From Veillonella sp. (GTDB lineage Bacteria; Bacillota; Negativicutes; Veillonellales; Veillonellaceae), in assembly GCF_018381775.1 (NCBI RefSeq), contig NZ_JAGZRH010000009.1:22518-86517 (forward strand): DNA of 64,000 nucleotides, in the 5' to 3' direction. The notes beneath the pieces are model-generated. The model ran no database searches, was not told the origin of the DNA, and saw nothing but the letters and a program-made list of their open reading frames with translations. Shown here piece after piece: positions 9,682 to 19,092 of the stretch; the first letter of the stretch is position 1; each line of letters opens with the position of its first letter. The translations under genes were made by a program, and so were the position numbers.

Positions 9682-10122
9682 ATGAAAACTACATTTATGG
9701 CCAATCCGAACACAATTGAACGGAAATGGTATGTTGTTGACGCTGAAGGTAAAACTTTAGGACGCCTTGCTGCCGAAGTTGCAAAAGTTCTTCGGGGCAA
9801 AAATAAACCAACTTTCACACCACACGTAGACACTGGTGACCATGTGATCGTTGTAAACGCAGAAAAAATTCGCGTAACTGGTAAAAAATTGGAACAAAAG
9901 GAATACTTCCGTCACTCTGGTTACCCAGGTGGTTCCCGTTTCACTAAATTGTCCATGATGCTTGAAAAACAACCTGAACGTGTTGTTGAAATGGCAGTTC
10001 GTGGTATGCTTCCAAAAAATAAATTGGGTGCACAACAATACCGTAAATTAAACGTATACGCTGGTCCTGAGCATCCACATGCAGCTCAAAAACCAGAAGT
10101 ATTAGAAATTTCCGTACGATAA
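9682..10122 (+). CDS. rplM: 50S ribosomal protein L13
   Basis: [21 protein letters not shown]…; 146 aa. Confidence 0.95.
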   Translation: MKTTFMANPNTIERKWYVVDAEGKTLGRLAAEVAKVLRGKNKPTFTPHVDTGDHVIVVNAEKIRVTGKKLEQKEYFRHSGYPGGSRFTKLSMMLEKQPERVVEMAVRGMLPKNKLGAQQYRKLNVYAGPEHPHAAQKPEVLEISVR

Positions 10123-10142
10123 TCTAGAGGGAGGAACATATA

Positions 10143-10535
10143 ATGGCAGTAGCACAATATTACGGCACTGGTCGTAGAAAATCTTCCGTTGCTAGAGTTC
10201 GTCTGGTACCGGGCACAGGTAAAATCACTGTTAACAAACGTGAACTTAATGAATATTTCGGTCGCCAAACTTTGGAATTGATCGTAAAACAACCTTTGAA
10301 CTTGACTAACACAGTTGAACAATACGATGTAATCGCAACTGTAGCTGGTGGCGGTCCTTCCGGTCAAGCTGGTGCAATTCGTCACGGTATCTCCCGTGCG
10401 TTATTGGACGTAGATGGCGAACTTCGTCAATCTTTGAAAAAAGCTGGCTTCTTGACTCGTGACCCACGTATGAAAGAACGTAAAAAATACGGTCTTAAAA
10501 AAGCCCGCAAAGCAAGCCAATTCTCCAAACGTTAA
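10143..10535 (+). CDS. rpsI: 30S ribosomal protein S9
   Basis: …[12 protein letters not shown]… with the C-terminal [12 protein letters not shown]; 130 aa. Confidence 0.95.
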   Translation: MAVAQYYGTGRRKSSVARVRLVPGTGKITVNKRELNEYFGRQTLELIVKQPLNLTNTVEQYDVIATVAGGGPSGQAGAIRHGISRALLDVDGELRQSLKKAGFLTRDPRMKERKKYGLKKARKASQFSKR

Positions 10536-10556
10536 TATTTGGAATACAGGTTATTA

Positions 10557-10590
10557 CACCTGCAGACAATGTCTGCAGGTGTTTTTTGTT
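10557..10590 (+). terminator. rho-independent terminator after rpsI
   Basis: CACCTGCAGAC-aat-GTCTGCAGGTG followed by TTTTTTG. Confidence 0.9.
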
Positions 10591-10599
10591 GATTAGATT

Positions 10600-10797
10600 A
10601 TGGTGACACTAATAATTATCTGTTATGATGATAGTAATGATAAAAGAAAGCGTATTTATAGTGTATCCACTCTTGGACGAGAACAAGAGATTGAAGGTAA
10701 TGAAATCAGTGATGCTTTGAGTGATATTTTCTATGATGGATTCAGTGATGTTGATTCTGGTAAGAATGCAGGTAAAAAGGTAGTCGTTCTTTCATAA
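10600..10797 (+). CDS. small hypothetical ORF (65 aa); possibly a gene remnant
   Basis: Only ORF-level support. It sits where an ABC ATPase would be expected upstream of the permease-SBP fusion. Confidence 0.2.
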   Translation: MVTLIIICYDDSNDKRKRIYSVSTLGREQEIEGNEISDALSDIFYDGFSDVDSGKNAGKKVVVLS

Positions 10798-10824
10798 TAT
10801 ATTTACCTGTGTATAGGGGGTTGT

Positions 10825-12357
10825 ATGATAGAAAATATATATCATTTATTAGTGGAGAATTGGAGCTTTTTCTCAGGTCTATTATGGGAACATATTGGCA
10901 TAGCTTTGCTTTCTAGTATAATTGCTATTATTCTAGGAGTAGTTGCGGGTATTTTACTTAACGAGTATCGTCGAGCAGTTAATCCGACCATGATGGTTAT
11001 TAATTTCTTGTATACTATACCATCCATATCCATGCTGGGATTTTTGATTCCCTTTTCAGGAATTGGTAACGCAACGGCAGTGATTGCTCTTGTGATATAT
11101 GCATTATTGCCGATGGTGAGAAATACATATACTGGGTTAAGCAGTATTGACAAGGAAATGATTGAAGCAGCTATATCACTGGGGTTATCTCGTGTACAAC
11201 GTTTACGATATATTGAATTGCCTTTAGCCTTTCCAGTAATCATGGTCGGTATACGAAATATGCTAGTTATGACTATAGCGCTTACTGGGGTAGCATCATT
11301 TATTGGTGCCGGAGGTCTTGGTGTAGCTATTTATCGAGGTATTACTACAAATAATACGACTATGACTGTAGCCGGCAGTTTACTAATTGCTTTTTTAGCA
11401 TTGATTATGGATGGTGTATTGGGCTTTTTTGAGAAAATCATACTATATAGAGGGCATTGCAAACGTACTTTTAAACGTATTGGTATTGTATCCTCAATTG
11501 TGATAATTGGTGGCATTGGTGTGTTTATGTGGCCGTCGCAACAATCCAATGTAATTCATGTAGCTACAAAACCGATGACAGAACAGTTGATTTTGGGCGA
11601 TATGCTGAAACTTCTTATTGAACAAGATACAGATTTAACTGTTGAAGTAACAGCCGGAGTAGGCGGAGGAACCTCAAATATTCAACCGGCCATGGAGTCC
11701 GGTCAATTCGATATCTATCCTGAATATACAGGCACCGGTTGGAATGCAGTACTAAAACGAGACACGCAATATAGTGAAAATTTATTTGATGAATTACAGC
11801 GCGCTTACGAGGATACATATCAATTTAAATGGGTCGGTATGTATGGTTTCAATAATACATATGGAATGGCTGTACGTAAGGATATTGCTAACAAATATAA
11901 TTTAAAAACATATTCAGACTTAGCGAGGGTTTCGTCACAGTTGATTTTAGGTGGGGAATATGATTTCTTCGGGCGCCAAGATGGGTATTCGGGATTACAG
12001 CGAGTATACGGCATGGACTTTAAAGATACGAAGGATATGGATATAGGTTTGAAATATCAGGCTATTGAAAGCGGACATGTAGATGCTATGCCTATATTTA
12101 CTACTGACGGTCAGTTGAGCCATGCGTCTATTGTTGTTCTTGAGGACGATAAACATTTATATCCGTCGTATCTTTGTGGTAATGTCGTTAGAATGGATGT
12201 GTTAAAGAAGCATCCTGAGCTAGAAGCGGTATTACTAAAATTGACACATACGATTACGGATCAGGATATGTCATATATGAACTATGAGGTGGAATCGGAA
12301 GGACAGAAACCTCATGATGTTGCTGAGCGATACTTACGCACCAAAGGTTTGTTATAA
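10825..12357 (+). CDS. osmoprotectant (glycine betaine/choline/carnitine-type) ABC transporter, fused permease and substrate-binding protein (OpuCB-OpuCC/BusAB-like)
   Basis: N-terminal half has 6 TM with an ABC permease EAA-like loop (…EAAISLGLSRVQRLRYIELP…). C-terminal half is an OpuAC/ProX-type binding domain. Confidence 0.8.
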   Translation: MIENIYHLLVENWSFFSGLLWEHIGIALLSSIIAIILGVVAGILLNEYRRAVNPTMMVINFLYTIPSISMLGFLIPFSGIGNATAVIALVIYALLPMVRNTYTGLSSIDKEMIEAAISLGLSRVQRLRYIELPLAFPVIMVGIRNMLVMTIALTGVASFIGAGGLGVAIYRGITTNNTTMTVAGSLLIAFLALIMDGVLGFFEKIILYRGHCKRTFKRIGIVSSIVIIGGIGVFMWPSQQSNVIHVATKPMTEQLILGDMLKLLIEQDTDLTVEVTAGVGGGTSNIQPAMESGQFDIYPEYTGTGWNAVLKRDTQYSENLFDELQRAYEDTYQFKWVGMYGFNNTYGMAVRKDIANKYNLKTYSDLARVSSQLILGGEYDFFGRQDGYSGLQRVYGMDFKDTKDMDIGLKYQAIESGHVDAMPIFTTDGQLSHASIVVLEDDKHLYPSYLCGNVVRMDVLKKHPELEAVLLKLTHTITDQDMSYMNYEVESEGQKPHDVAERYLRTKGLL

Positions 12358-12410
12358 TAACGTGGGTTGATAGAGGGTACATAGTATTGTTTTGTGATTA
12401 TAAGATTACG

Positions 12411-12439
12411 TTTACATCTATAATTAATTCCCCTATAAT
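12411..12439 (+). promoter_or_regulatory. promoter TTTACA-17-TATAAT upstream of the crotonase gene, followed by the 10-bp palindrome TTTTCGAAAA
   Basis: Spacing and -10 fit the sigma-A consensus. The palindrome at about 12466-12480 is a possible operator. Confidence 0.4.
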
Positions 12440-12494
12440 AGATATATAATAATCGAATTTTTTCGAAAACAGATTTTCATATAGGAGAACTCAT

Positions 12495-13286
12495 ATGATT
12501 TATAATACAATTCAATACGTAGTGGACAACGGCATTGGTACGTTGACATTTAATCGCCCTACAGTGGCGAATGGTTTTAATATCGAGATGTGCAAGGAGA
12601 TCCTTGAGGTTTTAGATAACGCACATAATGATGATAGTGTTCGTGCATTGCTCATCAATGCTGAAGGCAAGGTATTCTCTGCTGGCGGTGATTTAACAGA
12701 AATGGAACGCGCTGTAAACGATGGTGATACAGAGTCTTTATTTGAAATCGTTGAGCTCGTAGCTCAAATTTCTATGGCTATGAAACGCTTACCTAAACCT
12801 GTTATCATGAGCCTTCAAGGCGCTGCAGCAGGTGCGGCGTTCAACATGGCGTTAGCTGCAGACTTTGTTGTAGCGGCTAACAATGTACGCTTTATCCAAG
12901 CTTTCGTAAACGTAGGTCTTGCTCCAGATGCAGGTGGTTTGTTCTTGTTAACTCGTTCCATTGGTATGAACCGTGCTATGCATATCGTTATGACTGGTGA
13001 AGCCGTTTCTGCTGAAAAAGGTAAAGAACTTGGCTTTGTATATAAAGTTTGTGAATTAGAAGATCTAGAAACTGCTACAAGACGTCTTGTAGAGAAATTA
13101 GCAAAAGGTCCTGCACAATCTTACCGCGTTATGAAAGAAATGATGTGGAATAGCTTCTTATCTGGCTGGGAAGAGTACAAGAAGTTTGAAGTAGAAAATC
13201 AATGCTCCTTAGGTCTTTCTGAAGACTTTAAGGAAGGTGTACGAGCTTTCACAGAACGCCGTCGCCCTAAATTTGGTCAAAAATAA
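12495..13286 (+). CDS. enoyl-CoA hydratase/isomerase (crotonase) family protein
   Basis: Crotonase fold motifs (…INAEGKVFSAGGDL…, …AAAGAAFNMALAADF…). Confidence 0.85.
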   Translation: MIYNTIQYVVDNGIGTLTFNRPTVANGFNIEMCKEILEVLDNAHNDDSVRALLINAEGKVFSAGGDLTEMERAVNDGDTESLFEIVELVAQISMAMKRLPKPVIMSLQGAAAGAAFNMALAADFVVAANNVRFIQAFVNVGLAPDAGGLFLLTRSIGMNRAMHIVMTGEAVSAEKGKELGFVYKVCELEDLETATRRLVEKLAKGPAQSYRVMKEMMWNSFLSGWEEYKKFEVENQCSLGLSEDFKEGVRAFTERRRPKFGQK

Positions 13287-13350
13287 TAATTATTCTCTTG
13301 TAATTCTTTGAAATATCATGTATTTTATAAGCAGTTACTAATATAATTCG

Positions 13351-13390
13351 AACCGATGTGGCTCTATATATTGAGTTACATCGGTTTTTG
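13351..13390 (+). terminator. terminator hairpin AACCGATGT…ACATCGGTT plus TTTT
   Basis: 9-bp stem, 18-nt loop, T-run. Confidence 0.55.
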
Positions 13391-13456
13391 CTTTTATAAA
13401 AAAGCAAAAGTGTATATAATAGTACTATTATAATAGTTTTAGGAGGTCATTATTAC

Positions 13457-14212
13457 ATGGCTCAAGATACAATTAAATGTTATGACGGTCCTAGTGATGT
13501 AGTCCAAGCATTGGCGGAGGATTTTATTGATTTTACTAATGATGAAATTAGCCGTACTGAAACGTGCATCGTTGGTATTACTGGGGGTACTGTTATAAAT
13601 GGTTTGTTAGAATTACTTAACTCTCCTGAATATATTGAGCGCCTTAATTGGGAACGGATATTCTTCTTGTGGACTGATGAGCGTTTCTTACCACAAGCGC
13701 ATGAGGATAATTACTTCAATCGCGTAAAACCTCATTTGCTATGCAAGGCAAAGGGGGCTGCTCATTTCTTGCCAATTAATACGGATTCTAAAACCGTACA
13801 TGAAGCGGCTGAAGAATATGAAAAAGAGGTTCGCAATGTCCTAAAGGCATGTAAAAAATCTGGTCTTGATTTAGCGTTGCTTGATTTAGGCGAGGATGGT
13901 CATACGGCAGGATTATTTGCAGGCTCTCACGCACTGCGTGTAGCTGATCAAGATGTAGTGGCCGTTGAAGATGGCAAGGTATGGGAACGCATTTCTATGA
14001 CATTTTCTTTCCTAGCAAAATCTGATGCTGTCTGGTTTACTGTGACTGGTGAAAGCAAGCGAACTGCATTGACAAAGGTATTATACCAACGCGAAGATTA
14101 CGAGGATTTAACGTGGGAAAAACGCATTGGTCGTACATTGCCTGGTGCTGTGCTTTCACAAGAAGCTGTGACCTGGTATGTGGACAAGGCAGCCTATAAT
14201 GATGTACACTAA
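13457..14212 (+). CDS. pgl: 6-phosphogluconolactonase (NagB/Pgl/DevB family)
   Basis: …GITGGT… plus the LWTDERFLP motif characteristic of Pgl. Confidence 0.75.
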   Translation: MAQDTIKCYDGPSDVVQALAEDFIDFTNDEISRTETCIVGITGGTVINGLLELLNSPEYIERLNWERIFFLWTDERFLPQAHEDNYFNRVKPHLLCKAKGAAHFLPINTDSKTVHEAAEEYEKEVRNVLKACKKSGLDLALLDLGEDGHTAGLFAGSHALRVADQDVVAVEDGKVWERISMTFSFLAKSDAVWFTVTGESKRTALTKVLYQREDYEDLTWEKRIGRTLPGAVLSQEAVTWYVDKAAYNDVH

Positions 14213-14248
14213 AAGATGTAAGTTTTAGTAAATATAAAGGAGATACAT

Positions 14249-14491
14249 ATGGGATCTATAGGAACACCTGAATTAATAGTTATATTAGTGATCGCTTTAG
14301 TTATCTTCGGACCTGGTAAATTACCTGAAGTAGGTAAAGCTATTGGTAAGGGCATCAATGAATTTAAAGATGCTATTTCGGGCCCTAAAAAAGCTGTTGA
14401 TGAAACGAAAGAAGCCGTTAAAAAGGCGACTACTATCGACGTAACAGCAGGGGCTAAAAACGACGATAAACATAAAGAATCTAATGATTAA
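14249..14491 (+). CDS. tatA: twin-arginine translocase subunit TatA/TatE
   Basis: [40 protein letters not shown] is the canonical TatA TM helix plus amphipathic helix. Confidence 0.85.
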   Translation: MGSIGTPELIVILVIALVIFGPGKLPEVGKAIGKGINEFKDAISGPKKAVDETKEAVKKATTIDVTAGAKNDDKHKESND

Positions 14492-14505
14492 TAGGAGGTA
14501 TCACT

Positions 14506-14814
14506 ATGTGTAAAGATTGTGGTTGCGGTGAAGATAATGGCGTTGTAACAAAGGTATTTACTGTACCTGGTATGATGTGCAATAACTGTAAAGAAACTGT
14601 TGAAGGTGCATCCCTTGGTTTACCTGGCGTTTTGAGCGCAGAGGTAAATTTGCCAGAGAAAACAGCGACTGTTTCTTTTGATCCAGCAAAAGCATCTGTT
14701 GATGTTATTACAAAAGCTATTGAACGTACAGGCTTTGAAGTAGAAAGCGTTGCAGATGGTGTACAAGAACATAGTCATGGTTTACTAGGAACATTGAAAC
14801 GTTTCTTCAAATAA
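14506..14814 (+). CDS. heavy-metal-associated (HMA) domain protein with a Cys-rich N-terminus (CopZ-like metallochaperone)
   Basis: HMA fold with a metal-binding motif GMMCNNC in place of the canonical GMxCxxC. N-terminal MCKDCGCGEDNG. Confidence 0.7.
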   Translation: MCKDCGCGEDNGVVTKVFTVPGMMCNNCKETVEGASLGLPGVLSAEVNLPEKTATVSFDPAKASVDVITKAIERTGFEVESVADGVQEHSHGLLGTLKRFFK

Positions 14815-14826
14815 TCGAACCCATAG

Positions 14827-14863
14827 GGCTGTATTGAAACACTGTTTCGATGCAGCCTTTTTT
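14827..14863 (+). terminator. rho-independent terminator after the tatA-HMA pair
   Basis: GGCTGTAT…ATGCAGCC stem with an internal GAAAC/GTTTC, followed by TTTTTT. Confidence 0.7.
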
Positions 14864-14880
14864 CATAAAGAGGTAATAAA

Positions 14881-15324
14881 ATGATACGCAAGTTTGATGC
14901 TAAAAATTTCAAGTGGGATGGCGTCGATACCTTGGTATATAAACAAGATGGTAGCCCTTTTAAAGATGTAACACGTCAAGTTTTATACGATGGGGCCTTT
15001 GATATTCCATGCCAATTCCGCTATTTTGAATGCTTGCCAGGTGGGTATTCTACGCTTGAATATCATGAACATACACATATGGTTATGATATTCCGTGGGA
15101 AGGGGCAAGTCTTATTAGGCGATGAAATCCATGATGTAGAAGCTGGTGATTTTATTGAAATTCCAGGTAAAACGATACATCAATTTCGGGCTAATAAAGG
15201 CGATTATATCGGGTTCCTTTGCTTAGTTAACCAAGATCGGGACAAGGTAAAATTATTAACCCCTGAAGAGATGGATACATTGCGCTCTAATCCAAAGATT
15301 AAAGAATTTTTGGAAAGTTGCTAA
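14881..15324 (+). CDS. cupin domain protein
   Basis: Cupin His/Glu metal motif (…LEYHEHTHMVMIFRGKG…HQF…). Confidence 0.65.
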   Translation: MIRKFDAKNFKWDGVDTLVYKQDGSPFKDVTRQVLYDGAFDIPCQFRYFECLPGGYSTLEYHEHTHMVMIFRGKGQVLLGDEIHDVEAGDFIEIPGKTIHQFRANKGDYIGFLCLVNQDRDKVKLLTPEEMDTLRSNPKIKEFLESC

Positions 15325-15326
15325 TT

Positions 15327-15366
15327 TATATGGCGGTTATGTGTGATGACCGCCATATAGTTTTTT
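15327..15366 (+). terminator. rho-independent terminator
   Basis: TATATGGCGG…CCGCCATATA followed by G and TTTTTT. Confidence 0.8.
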
Positions 15367-15413
15367 ATAATCAACAGTAACTATTGATATGTGTAGTTTG
15401 ATAGGGAGGTTCT

Positions 15414-16817
15414 ATGAATACCTTTACACGCGCCGCACTGACGGTACTGGTAGGACTTGTAATTTGGTTCTTGCCTCACACGGAGGCGATTAAGCCTGAA
15501 GGATGGCATTTATTAGCTATCTTCACGGCTACAATTGTAGGTTTTATTTTACGACCTTGGCCAACAGGTATTATGGCACTCTTTGGTATTGTTGCTGCGG
15601 TAGCAACAAATTCTATTACCATGGTGCAAGCATTAGGTGGTTACGCTGAAGCCAATGTATGGCTTATCGTAGCAGCTGTATTCTTTTCTAGAGGCATTAT
15701 TAATTCTGGCCTTGGTAAGCGTATCGCGTATACTTTGATTCGCTCCTTTGGTACTAGTTCCTTAAAGCTAGCTTATGCATTGGCTTGTACAGATCTTATT
15801 ATTTCTCCTGCCACGCCATCTAATACGGCTCGTGGAGGCGGTATTATTTTTCCAATTGTACAAAACATTTCGTTAGCCTTTGATTCTGAGCCAAATGGTA
15901 GTACGGCACGTCGTATTGGGGCATACTTGATGACAACGGCTCATACGATAAACACCATTACTGTAACAATCTTCTTAACTGCTTGTAGTGGTAACTTATT
16001 GATTACATCCTTAGGTGCAAAATTGTTTGGCTATGATATTTCATGGTGGGAATGGTTCCAAGCAGGTGTCATCCCTGGTGTAATTTGCATGATTTTGATG
16101 CCTTGGTTTATTTATAAAATCTATCCACCTGAAATTAAGGAGACACCTCAAGCAGCAGTAATGGCCCAAAAAGAGCTCGATATACTAGGTCCTATTACAA
16201 AGGCTGAAATATCTGTAGCTATTATTTTTGTACTTTGTATTTTGCTGTGGTCCACAGCGATTTGGACGAAGTTACATCCTACCGTAGTTGCTATGATGGG
16301 CGTGCTTGCATGCGTTGTAACAGGATCCCTTACCTGGGAAGATATTCTTGGTGAACGCACAGGTTGGGATATTCTAATCTGGATGGGTACCCTCGTTGGT
16401 ATGGCTGGTTTACTTGGCAAGCTCGGTGTTGTTGCAGTATTTGCTGATTTTGTAAGTCAACATCTTGTAGGTATTGATTGGTTCTGGGCATCCTTTATTA
16501 TCTCTGCAACCTTTGTATACTCTCAATATTTCTTTGCCAGTGGTACAGCTCGTATTACAGCGTTATTCTCCGCCTTTGCAGCTATCTTGGTAGCAATGGG
16601 CGCACCAATTCCATTTACCATCTTGCTCTTTGGTTTGATGAACAGCCCTGGCTGTACATTAACACATTATAGTTCTGGTGTAACGCCAATCTTCTTCGGT
16701 GCTGGTTATGTACCACAAGGCACATGGTGGCGCGTAGGCTTTGCTATTTCTGTGGTTAGCTTCTTAATTCACTTCTGGGGCGGTACCCTTGGCATGTGGC
16801 TATTCGGTATTCTATAA
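15414..16817 (+). CDS. DASS-family (divalent anion:Na+ symporter, 2-oxoglutarate/malate-translocator-like) anion transporter
   Basis: 467 aa and polytopic, with the DASS signature region …SPATPSNTARGGGIIFPI…. Paralog of the gene at 50884-52284. Confidence 0.8.
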   Translation: MNTFTRAALTVLVGLVIWFLPHTEAIKPEGWHLLAIFTATIVGFILRPWPTGIMALFGIVAAVATNSITMVQALGGYAEANVWLIVAAVFFSRGIINSGLGKRIAYTLIRSFGTSSLKLAYALACTDLIISPATPSNTARGGGIIFPIVQNISLAFDSEPNGSTARRIGAYLMTTAHTINTITVTIFLTACSGNLLITSLGAKLFGYDISWWEWFQAGVIPGVICMILMPWFIYKIYPPEIKETPQAAVMAQKELDILGPITKAEISVAIIFVLCILLWSTAIWTKLHPTVVAMMGVLACVVTGSLTWEDILGERTGWDILIWMGTLVGMAGLLGKLGVVAVFADFVSQHLVGIDWFWASFIISATFVYSQYFFASGTARITALFSAFAAILVAMGAPIPFTILLFGLMNSPGCTLTHYSSGVTPIFFGAGYVPQGTWWRVGFAISVVSFLIHFWGGTLGMWLFGIL

Positions 16818-16824
16818 TGCTTAT

Positions 16825-16858
16825 AAATCCCTCACTACGGTGAGGGATTTTCTATTTG
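16825..16858 (+). terminator. rho-independent terminator
   Basis: AAATCCCTCAC-tacg-GTGAGGGATTT followed by TC. Confidence 0.8.
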
Positions 16859-16992
16859 TTCTACCTATTTACTAGTTTGTTATCGATTTATTTTCTATGT
16901 GTATTAGATAGGTAGTGTATTATTTATTATTGCTATAGTTTTTATATATGGTAAACTTTAAAAATTTATATAATAAATCTATAGAATATTTA

Positions 16993-17021
16993 TTGCACGA
17001 CATTATATAAAGTGTTATTAT
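16993..17021 (+). promoter_or_regulatory. candidate promoter (TTGCAC-17-TATTAT) of the ilv leader
   Basis: Spacing is consistent with the consensus, but the background is AT-rich so specificity is low. Confidence 0.3.
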
Positions 17022-17055
17022 TATTTTATGATTACAGATTACTTTAGGAGGAAAC

Positions 17056-17187
17056 ATGTTGGGTTTAGTCATTAGCTTGTTGATTATCGCGCTCGTCGTG
17101 ATTATTAAAGACATTCGAATTATGAACAACAACTTAACACGTTTTTGTCTTAGAAGTTCCACGAATGGTTTAATATACAATCAATAA
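17056..17187 (+). CDS. candidate ilv leader peptide (43 aa; MLGLVISLLIIALVVII…), Ile/Leu/Val-rich attenuation peptide
   Basis: AGGAGG RBS 6 nt upstream. 13 of the first 17 residues are I/L/V. It lies directly upstream of ilvDABN-C and is followed by an intrinsic terminator. Confidence 0.55.
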   Translation: MLGLVISLLIIALVVIIKDIRIMNNNLTRFCLRSSTNGLIYNQ

Positions 17188-17296
17188 GATTTGACTATAC
17201 GGTTTGTTTCTTATGTGTATTTATTCCAAGGGATGCATAGGTCGTTTATGTATATAGGAATTCTGTAAACAAAAGGAATATCATTTGTAAACTTTT

Positions 17297-17327
17297 AAGA
17301 CGATTCATAAGAATCGTCTTTTTTTAT
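17297..17327 (+). terminator. attenuator/terminator hairpin AAGACGATTC-ataa-GAATCGTCTT plus T7, about 50 nt upstream of ilvD
   Basis: Perfect 10-bp stem and 7 U. The 5' arm (TTAAGAC) is complementary to GTCTTAG at the 3' end of the leader ORF, which could form an antiterminator. Confidence 0.65.
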
Positions 17328-17379
17328 TAAGTTGAAAAGTGTCCAAGTGGATGCTTTCAAGAAAAGTGAGGAGATTAAC

Positions 17380-19050
17380 ATGAGTTGTAGAAGTGACAAT
17401 TTAAAAACAGGCGTAGCACGTGCACCACACAGATCTTTGCTAAAAGCTCTTGGTTTTGTTGATGAAGAAATGGGCAGACCAGTCATTGGTATTGCGAACT
17501 CTTTCAACGAAATTATCCCTGGTCACGTGGGCTTGAAAAATATTGTACAAGCCGTAAAAGACGGCATTCGCAACGCAGGTGGTGTGCCAATCGAGTTCAA
17601 TACAATTGGTATTTGTGACGGCTTGGCGATGAACCACATCGGTATGAAATACTCCTTGGTAACTCGTAATATCATCGCTGATTCCATCGAAGCAACAGCT
17701 ATGGCAACACCATTTGATGCTATGGTATTCATTCCAAACTGCGATAAAGTAGTACCTGGTATGTTGATTGCTGCAGCTCGTCTAAACATTCCATCCGTAT
17801 TCGTGTCTGGTGGTGCTATGCTTGCAGGCGTACATAATGGCAAAAAAATAGGTTTGTCTGATGTATTCGAAGCAGTAGGTAAACATCAAACTGGTGAAAT
17901 GGGTGATGCTGAGTTAGCTGAAATCGAAAATACAGCATGTCCTACATGTGGTTCTTGCTCTGGCATGTACACAGCTAATACAATGAACTGCTTAACAGAA
18001 GCTCTTGGTATGGGCCTTCCTGGCAATGGTACAATTCCAGCAGTATACTCTGAACGTTTACGTCTTGCTAAATTAGCAGGTATGCAAGCAGTAGAGGTAT
18101 TGAAAGCAAATCTTCGTCCTAAAGACATTATGACACGCGAAGCCTTTGAAAATGCAGTAGCTCTAGATATGGCTTTGGGTGGTTCCTCTAATACAGCACT
18201 TCATTTGCCAGCTATCGCTCATGAAGCAGGTGTACCATTGTCCTTGGACGACTTCGATCGCATTGCACAAAACACACCTCAATTGTCTAAACTTTCTCCA
18301 TCTGGTAAATACTTCATCGAAGACTTGTATGCTGCCGGCGGCGTATCTGCTGTGTTGAAACGTTTAGCAGAAAATGGTCGTTTGCATACAGATTGCAAAA
18401 CTGTAGCTCTTAAAACACAAGGTGAAATTGCAGCGGCAGCTCATGTTGTGGATGAAGATGTTATCCATCCATGGAATAATCCTGTTCATGAAACAGGTGG
18501 TATTGCCGTTCTTAAAGGTAACCTTGCTCTAGACGGTTCCGTTGTAAAAGCAGGTGCCGTAGATGATGATATGCTCGTTCACTCTGGCCCAGCAAAAGTA
18601 TTTAACAGCGAAGAAGAAGCTGTTGAAGCTATTACAGGCGGTAAAATCGTAAAAGGTGATGTTGTAGTTATCCGTTACGAAGGTCCTAAAGGTGGTCCTG
18701 GCATGCGCGAAATGTTGACACCAACATCCATGATCGCTGGTATGGGTCTTGATAAAGACGTAGCATTGTTGACTGACGGTCGTTTCTCAGGTGCTACACG
18801 TGGTGCATCCATCGGTCACGTATCTCCAGAAGCAGCAGCAGGTGGCACAATTGCTATTGTTGAAGATGGTGATATCATCAACATCGACATTCCGAACGGC
18901 AAATTGGAATTGGCTGTATCTGACGATGAAATCGCTCGCCGTAAAGCAGCATTGAAACCATTCAAATCCAATGTAACTGGATACCTTAAAAAATACGCTC
19001 TTCACGTATCCTCTGCAGCACAAGGTGCTATTGAAGTATTGGAAGACTAA
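17380..19050 (+). CDS. ilvD: dihydroxy-acid dehydratase
   Basis: …[12 protein letters not shown]…, the CDGLAMNH motif and Cys ligands for the Fe-S cluster. GAGGAG RBS. The track's upstream start at 17332 was rejected. Confidence 0.95.
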   Translation: MSCRSDNLKTGVARAPHRSLLKALGFVDEEMGRPVIGIANSFNEIIPGHVGLKNIVQAVKDGIRNAGGVPIEFNTIGICDGLAMNHIGMKYSLVTRNIIADSIEATAMATPFDAMVFIPNCDKVVPGMLIAAARLNIPSVFVSGGAMLAGVHNGKKIGLSDVFEAVGKHQTGEMGDAELAEIENTACPTCGSCSGMYTANTMNCLTEALGMGLPGNGTIPAVYSERLRLAKLAGMQAVEVLKANLRPKDIMTREAFENAVALDMALGGSSNTALHLPAIAHEAGVPLSLDDFDRIAQNTPQLSKLSPSGKYFIEDLYAAGGVSAVLKRLAENGRLHTDCKTVALKTQGEIAAAAHVVDEDVIHPWNNPVHETGGIAVLKGNLALDGSVVKAGAVDDDMLVHSGPAKVFNSEEEAVEAITGGKIVKGDVVVIRYEGPKGGPGMREMLTPTSMIAGMGLDKDVALLTDGRFSGATRGASIGHVSPEAAAGGTIAIVEDGDIINIDIPNGKLELAVSDDEIARRKAALKPFKSNVTGYLKKYALHVSSAAQGAIEVLED

Positions 19051-19092
19051 TATTAGACTTTAATTTAATACTATCAATAGGAGATGGTACAC

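Noticed and set aside
17332-17379. ORF-track extended ilvD start ([16 protein letters not shown]…)
   Set aside because: The extension overlaps the attenuator T-tract and has no RBS. The internal ATG at 17380 has a GAGGAG RBS and gives a canonical IlvD N-terminus.
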